Part shown: piece after piece, positions 59,695 to 64,000 of the stretch | Numbering within the stretch: the first letter of the stretch is position 1 | How the letters are laid out: each line of letters starts with the position of its first letter | DNA from: Minisyncoccia bacterium | GTDB lineage: Bacteria > Patescibacteriota > Minisyncoccia > Phycocordibacterales > UBA918 | NCBI GenBank assembly: GCA_041750655.1 | Contig: JBGSYZ010000017.1 | Coordinates: forward strand, 68,142 to 132,141 | Direction of reading: 5' to 3' | DNA: 64,000 nucleotides | Translations under genes and position numbers: made by a program | Notes under the pieces: generated by a model | The model's database searches: none | Seen by the model: the letters and a program-made list of their open reading frames with translations, nothing else | What the model was told of the DNA's origin: nothing

Positions 59695-61074
59695 ATGGAT
59701 TCAACAAATACCCGACAACGTCGGACAGGTTCGGCACGTGGCCGCTCATTTTCTAGTAGTAAACCAAAAACAGCAGACAGCGCTCGTTCTGGTGGTAATT
59801 TTCGCGGTGCCCGCAGCGGTGGCTCAAGTGCTGGTGCCCGCAGCGGTGGCAGCAGCTTTCGCGGCGCCCGTAGTAGCGGTCCATCACGTGGTGGACGTAG
59901 TTTTGGAGGAGGCGACCGTAATCGTGGTGGACGCGGTGGTGGACGAGCAATGCCAACTTTTGACCCAACCCAATTTATAAACAAAAACCCGGTAAAGGTG
60001 GAACAGGTTGCCTACGTGGCCACTCACAAGTTTAGTGATTTTGATATCGACAAACGCTTGGTAGATACCATTGCCAGCATGGGTATTACTTCACCGTCAC
60101 CGATTCAAGACCAAATCATTCCTCATATTTTAGAAGGTAAGGACGTGGTTGGTTTGGCTGAAACAGGAACCGGTAAGACAGCAGCTTTCTTGGTACCACT
60201 GATTGAACTCACGAAAAAACACCACGGGACTCAGACTCTTATTTTGACTCCAACCCGTGAGTTGGCACTTCAAGTAGAAGCTGAGTTGCGTAAATTAGCA
60301 AAGAACTTTAATTTCTTCTCAACTGTGTGTGTGGGCGGAACCAATATTCGTCCGCAGATTCGCGGAGTCCGACGTAAAAACCATTTCATTATTGGTACAC
60401 CGGGTCGGGTTATGGACTTGATTGACCGTGGTGATTTACAAACAGACAAGTTCACGACCGTAGTACTCGATGAAGCCGACCGAATGCTCGACATGGGTTT
60501 TATTCATGATATGCGCAAAATTCTCGAGGATATTCGAGAAGATCGTCATACATTATTCTTTTCTGCCACTATGGACGAGAAGACTAAGGGTCTGGTAAAA
60601 GACTTTATGAAAGACCCGGTGATGGTGTCAGTAAAGAAGCGAGATGTGACCGATAGTATTGTGCAAGATGTAGTGCCGTTCACGCATGATAAAAAATTTG
60701 AAAAACTAGTTGAACTTCTTAAGAAAGATGAGTTTGCGAGAGTACTTGTTTTTGGTTCAATGAAGCATAGTGTAGAAAAGCTCGGAAAAGAACTCAACCA
60801 AAACGGCATTTCTGCTGATTCAATTCATGGCAACAAGAGTCATCCCCAACGACAGCGCTCATTGGCTAAGTTCAAGAATGGCCAGATAAAAGTGTTGGTA
60901 GCGACTGACGTAGCGGCTCGTGGTATCCACGTTGATAATGTGTCGCATGTTATCAACTACGATCTACCAAACACTTTTGAGGATTACGTACACCGTATTG
61001 GTCGTACTGGTCGTGGTGATAAGTTTGGAAAAGCGTTGACGTTTGTCCAAGATAAACCGCAACATCGACGATAA
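59695..61074 (+). CDS. DEAD-box RNA helicase with RGG/ARSG-repeat N-terminus
   Basis: AETGTGKT, PTRELA, DEAD, SAT, ARGIH, HRIGRTGR. Confidence 0.96.
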   Translation: MDSTNTRQRRTGSARGRSFSSSKPKTADSARSGGNFRGARSGGSSAGARSGGSSFRGARSSGPSRGGRSFGGGDRNRGGRGGGRAMPTFDPTQFINKNPVKVEQVAYVATHKFSDFDIDKRLVDTIASMGITSPSPIQDQIIPHILEGKDVVGLAETGTGKTAAFLVPLIELTKKHHGTQTLILTPTRELALQVEAELRKLAKNFNFFSTVCVGGTNIRPQIRGVRRKNHFIIGTPGRVMDLIDRGDLQTDKFTTVVLDEADRMLDMGFIHDMRKILEDIREDRHTLFFSATMDEKTKGLVKDFMKDPVMVSVKKRDVTDSIVQDVVPFTHDKKFEKLVELLKKDEFARVLVFGSMKHSVEKLGKELNQNGISADSIHGNKSHPQRQRSLAKFKNGQIKVLVATDVAARGIHVDNVSHVINYDLPNTFEDYVHRIGRTGRGDKFGKALTFVQDKPQHRR

Positions 61075-61085
61075 TCGCTTGCGAT

Positions 61086-61130
61086 TAGAATAAAAGCAGC
61101 GCGCCCTCGGGCGCGCTGCTTTTATTCTAC
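61086..61130. terminator. Bidirectional terminator
   Basis: TAGAATAAAAGCAGCGCGCCC/GGGCGCGCTGCTTTTATTCTA. Confidence 0.85.
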
Positions 61131-62392
61131 ACACTCTCACCAGCCACCCAGCCAGTCGTCCAGCATAATTGAAGAGAGAAACCACCTGATGGACGATTTA
61201 TGTTAAGCACATCACCGGTAAAGAATAAATTAGGGACAATCTTTGAGGCCATAGTCTTGGTGTCAATTTCACTCAGGTCTACACCACCATCGCTTATAAC
61301 TGCCCAATCCATACCCATAGTGCCGGTGATAGTCAGGGGCATAGCTTTGAGACGATCCACGAGCTCGAGCCGTACTTCCTTAGGGATGCTGTGTACTTTC
61401 ATGTCACATAGCTCTGGTGAAAGCTGTGCCGCGACTGCGCCGTCCATTCCGTGCGGGACAAATTCCTTGAGTACATTCTTCAAAGCTTTATTTTTATTTA
61501 TATTGAATACTTCAATCACTCGGTTTCGTAACGTGCCGATTTCAGTGTCAGGGTACATATCTATCGCACTCGGCACCGGGCCATTTTTCAAAAGCTGCTT
61601 CACTTCGTGCGCAGCATTTAGGATCAGTGGGCCAGATACACCAAAATGGGTAAAAAGAATTTTGCCTGTTTTTGAAAACCTGCCAATGCCGCTGGGTGTG
61701 TTCTTGCGTCGGTCTGTCCCAAACGTAATTTTCATGAAAGAGAGAGTGGTGCCGGAGATGCGTTTAACCCACTCTTCCTCAACAGTCAGCGGCACTATAT
61801 TGGGGTTGGGGGAGTGGACTGTATGTCCAAATTCCTTGAGCCACTCCACTCCTTCGCCAGTTGAGCCGGTTTCTTTATGAGCGGCTCCTCCAGTAGCCAA
61901 AATAAATTTTTTGGCAAATAAGTCGCCATTGTTGGTATTGATGCCGATAATTTCTCCATCTTTGGTAATAAAACCATCAACTCGGGTTTTGGTCTTGAGT
62001 TCAACCCGATTATCAATACAGTATTGACGCATTACTTTGGTCACATCGGGAGCAGACTGGGTTTCCGGGAAAGCTCGCTTACGAGCTTCGACTACAATTG
62101 GTAGTCCGTGTGATTCAAAGAATTCACGAGATTCTTTCATACCGTGCTTAGAGAAAGGGGAGAAGAGGAACTTTGCGGCTTCACCATAATTTTCAAGCAG
62201 CGTTCGTGTGTCCTCCTCGGCATTGAGGATATTGCAGCGGCCACCACCAGTGATAGATAGTTTCTTGCCTAAATCTTTGTTTTTTTCCACGAGTAATACC
62301 CGTAAACCGCGCTCAGCGGCCCGACCAGCAGCCATCATGCCAGATGCTCCACCGCCTATTACTATAACGTCGTAGTCTCGTCCTGTTGACAT
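61127..62392 (-). CDS. HI0933/YhiN-family flavoprotein
   Basis: GGGASGMMAA, GKKLSITGGGRCN, FTHFGVSGP, GGFSLQ. Confidence 0.93.
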   Translation of the reverse strand: MSTGRDYDVIVIGGGASGMMAAGRAAERGLRVLLVEKNKDLGKKLSITGGGRCNILNAEEDTRTLLENYGEAAKFLFSPFSKHGMKESREFFESHGLPIVVEARKRAFPETQSAPDVTKVMRQYCIDNRVELKTKTRVDGFITKDGEIIGINTNNGDLFAKKFILATGGAAHKETGSTGEGVEWLKEFGHTVHSPNPNIVPLTVEEEWVKRISGTTLSFMKITFGTDRRKNTPSGIGRFSKTGKILFTHFGVSGPLILNAAHEVKQLLKNGPVPSAIDMYPDTEIGTLRNRVIEVFNINKNKALKNVLKEFVPHGMDGAVAAQLSPELCDMKVHSIPKEVRLELVDRLKAMPLTITGTMGMDWAVISDGGVDLSEIDTKTMASKIVPNLFFTGDVLNINRPSGGFSLQLCWTTGWVAGESV

Positions 62393-62509
62393 AGTGGCGG
62401 AATGTTAGCACAGTTTTAGCTTAAAATAAAGGGTTTTTGGGTTTACAAAGTTTTGTGCTCGGTATAGTGTAGGCGCAGATATAAATTGCTCAGCACAAGG
62501 AGTTCTGGC

Positions 62510-63598
62510 ATGTACATCGCACAAACTGTTCAATCAGTTGCTAACGGCACCCATCCGCTTCTGTCGGTCATTCTTGATAGAAGCGAGTGTGTCGATATGG
62601 CATTTATCAAACGGGTGATGAGTCTTGGCCAATTTTCTTGGCACGGCCGCCGGCCTATGGCCAGTATCGACAAAGATGGCAACGAACGTACAACCGACCT
62701 GGACTTGCTTTCGGTACTTGTTGAATTACAACGCCGACGAGCCCGCATTGAACTTCCAGGGTATGACAATCAGTTGCCATGGAAAGTTACCGCTAACGAA
62801 CAACATGTCGGAACAAAACGGTATGGGCCGATAGTACAGCTCATTTCTCACCAGGAACACCTATCGTTCTCGGTTCGTATTTTTGATGAGTCAATAGTTC
62901 GGACTGAAGGTGATGTGACTCGAGGGGCCGAGCGTTCCTATATGATGGTCAATCACGATGGTGAATGGCATGCGGGCTGGAAGGGTCTCACGTGGGAGCA
63001 TACCGTCGATGAGCAGAGGTTTTTCGATAAGCGGCATATTCTGCCACAAGACGGACAACTTCGTTTCAAGTACTACGTTCACCCTAATCGGCGACAGAGT
63101 TTTTTTGCACAAGCATATTTGCTCATGAAGCTTCTATTGCGTAAGCTGAATGAGGAGATTGACTTCTACGCTGATCAACTTCGTCGTTTGCGACAGGCTG
63201 GGGTCACGGTGCCGGAAGATTGTAAAGCCAAAGAACGGCCGATACTGGCTCGAGGTGATACTCGCAATGAGTTCAGACGTCGTTTCTGGGTTCATCTGCA
63301 AGGTCTTGATTTTGTCGGTAATTTTCCATTGGTTACCCAGGATGAGGCCGGCTATCGCCAAGCTTTTAGGCGGCACAAGGAGCTACTAGAAGAACTTCGG
63401 CCAACTCTGCAGTTTATGGTGCGGGCGGATGAGGTAGCTTTCTATCTCTATGGCTACAAGCAAGGCTTCACACCATGGTGGATTGAAGGTCCTGAATGGT
63501 CCCGTACTAGTTCCGGCAGCCACAAGATTGAGCTATGTGGTCGGCTCGCATTGGAGTGCCACTCCGACGAAGTCCCGGTGGAAGTGGCAGCAGACTGA
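62510..63598 (+). CDS. Hypothetical protein
   Basis: Long ORF; SD AAGGAG before ATG 62510. Confidence 0.75.
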   Translation: MYIAQTVQSVANGTHPLLSVILDRSECVDMAFIKRVMSLGQFSWHGRRPMASIDKDGNERTTDLDLLSVLVELQRRRARIELPGYDNQLPWKVTANEQHVGTKRYGPIVQLISHQEHLSFSVRIFDESIVRTEGDVTRGAERSYMMVNHDGEWHAGWKGLTWEHTVDEQRFFDKRHILPQDGQLRFKYYVHPNRRQSFFAQAYLLMKLLLRKLNEEIDFYADQLRRLRQAGVTVPEDCKAKERPILARGDTRNEFRRRFWVHLQGLDFVGNFPLVTQDEAGYRQAFRRHKELLEELRPTLQFMVRADEVAFYLYGYKQGFTPWWIEGPEWSRTSSGSHKIELCGRLALECHSDEVPVEVAAD

Positions 63599-63703
63599 CG
63601 AAAAGAGTACATACTTTAAAAGCACAGTGGTTTGTCTACTGTGCTTTTTCTTTTACGTGTATTAGAAATGGCCGGCGCGAAAGCGCCGGCCAGCTTTTAC
63701 CCT

Positions 63704-64000
63704 TTAATCTCTAACCGTAAGCACCTCAGTCAGAGTTCTTCTTTTCCGGTGCAACCCAGCGATAATTGCTTCTGGGATAGCTTCAATCCAGATTGAATCA
63801 TCATTTGTACACCATCTCCACCAAGGGTCCTCATGGAACGCACCGGTTTTAAATTGAGCAATAAATTCCTGGCAAAGTACTCTGTCTACCCCTGGTTCTA
63901 GCATGAATTGAAGTCCTTGTGTACATTTTTTGCCTATCACATGGCGTACCAGAGGGATATAGGTATTATCTTTAAATACATATACTGGTTTTAACTCTGT
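63704..64000 (-). CDS. Hypothetical protein (probably partial, may extend beyond the window)
   Basis: ORF ending at 63704, followed by a GC hairpin at about 63669-63692. Confidence 0.45.
   Translation of the reverse strand, partial: TELKPVYVFKDNTYIPLVRHVIGKKCTQGLQFMLEPGVDRVLCQEFIAQFKTGAFHEDPWWRWCTNDDSIWIEAIPEAIIAGLHRKRRTLTEVLTVRD

Overview
Chromosomal segment of a small-genome bacterium, most likely Patescibacteria/CPR (Parcubacteria-like; inferred from gene content and gene style). It uses standard code 11. Housekeeping content: partial tatC with tatA, dnaG-rpoD, UvrD-nuclease, dsbA-like, uppP, hisS, prmC, Fur/ZIP, an ABC-2 transporter, class I aldolase, rpmG, a GT4/GH57/GH15 glucan cluster, truB-like, tag, a complete F1Fo ATP synthase operon interrupted by three small genes, xfp-ackA, tRNA-Asn(GTT), an ApbE/ferric-reductase module, a DEAD-box helicase and an HI0933 flavoprotein. 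The most unusual signal is non-coding: a family of ~70-100 nt structured elements (hairpin GAAAnnGTC-loop-GACnnTTTC in four copies; covarying stem with AT-rich core; G[T/G/A]AC; small hairpin, usually with a TGTAA loop) found in seven copies. Six of them sit between serial duplicates of gene ends: three diverged promoter+N-terminus copies of tag, three 5' copies of tRNA-Asn, and four or more 3' copies of tRNA-Asn that bracket cargo ORFs. No integrase or transposase is recognisable in the window. Further palindromic insertions lie in frame inside prmC and at the stop codons of rpoD and atpG. All product calls come from motif recognition by eye, without database searches.
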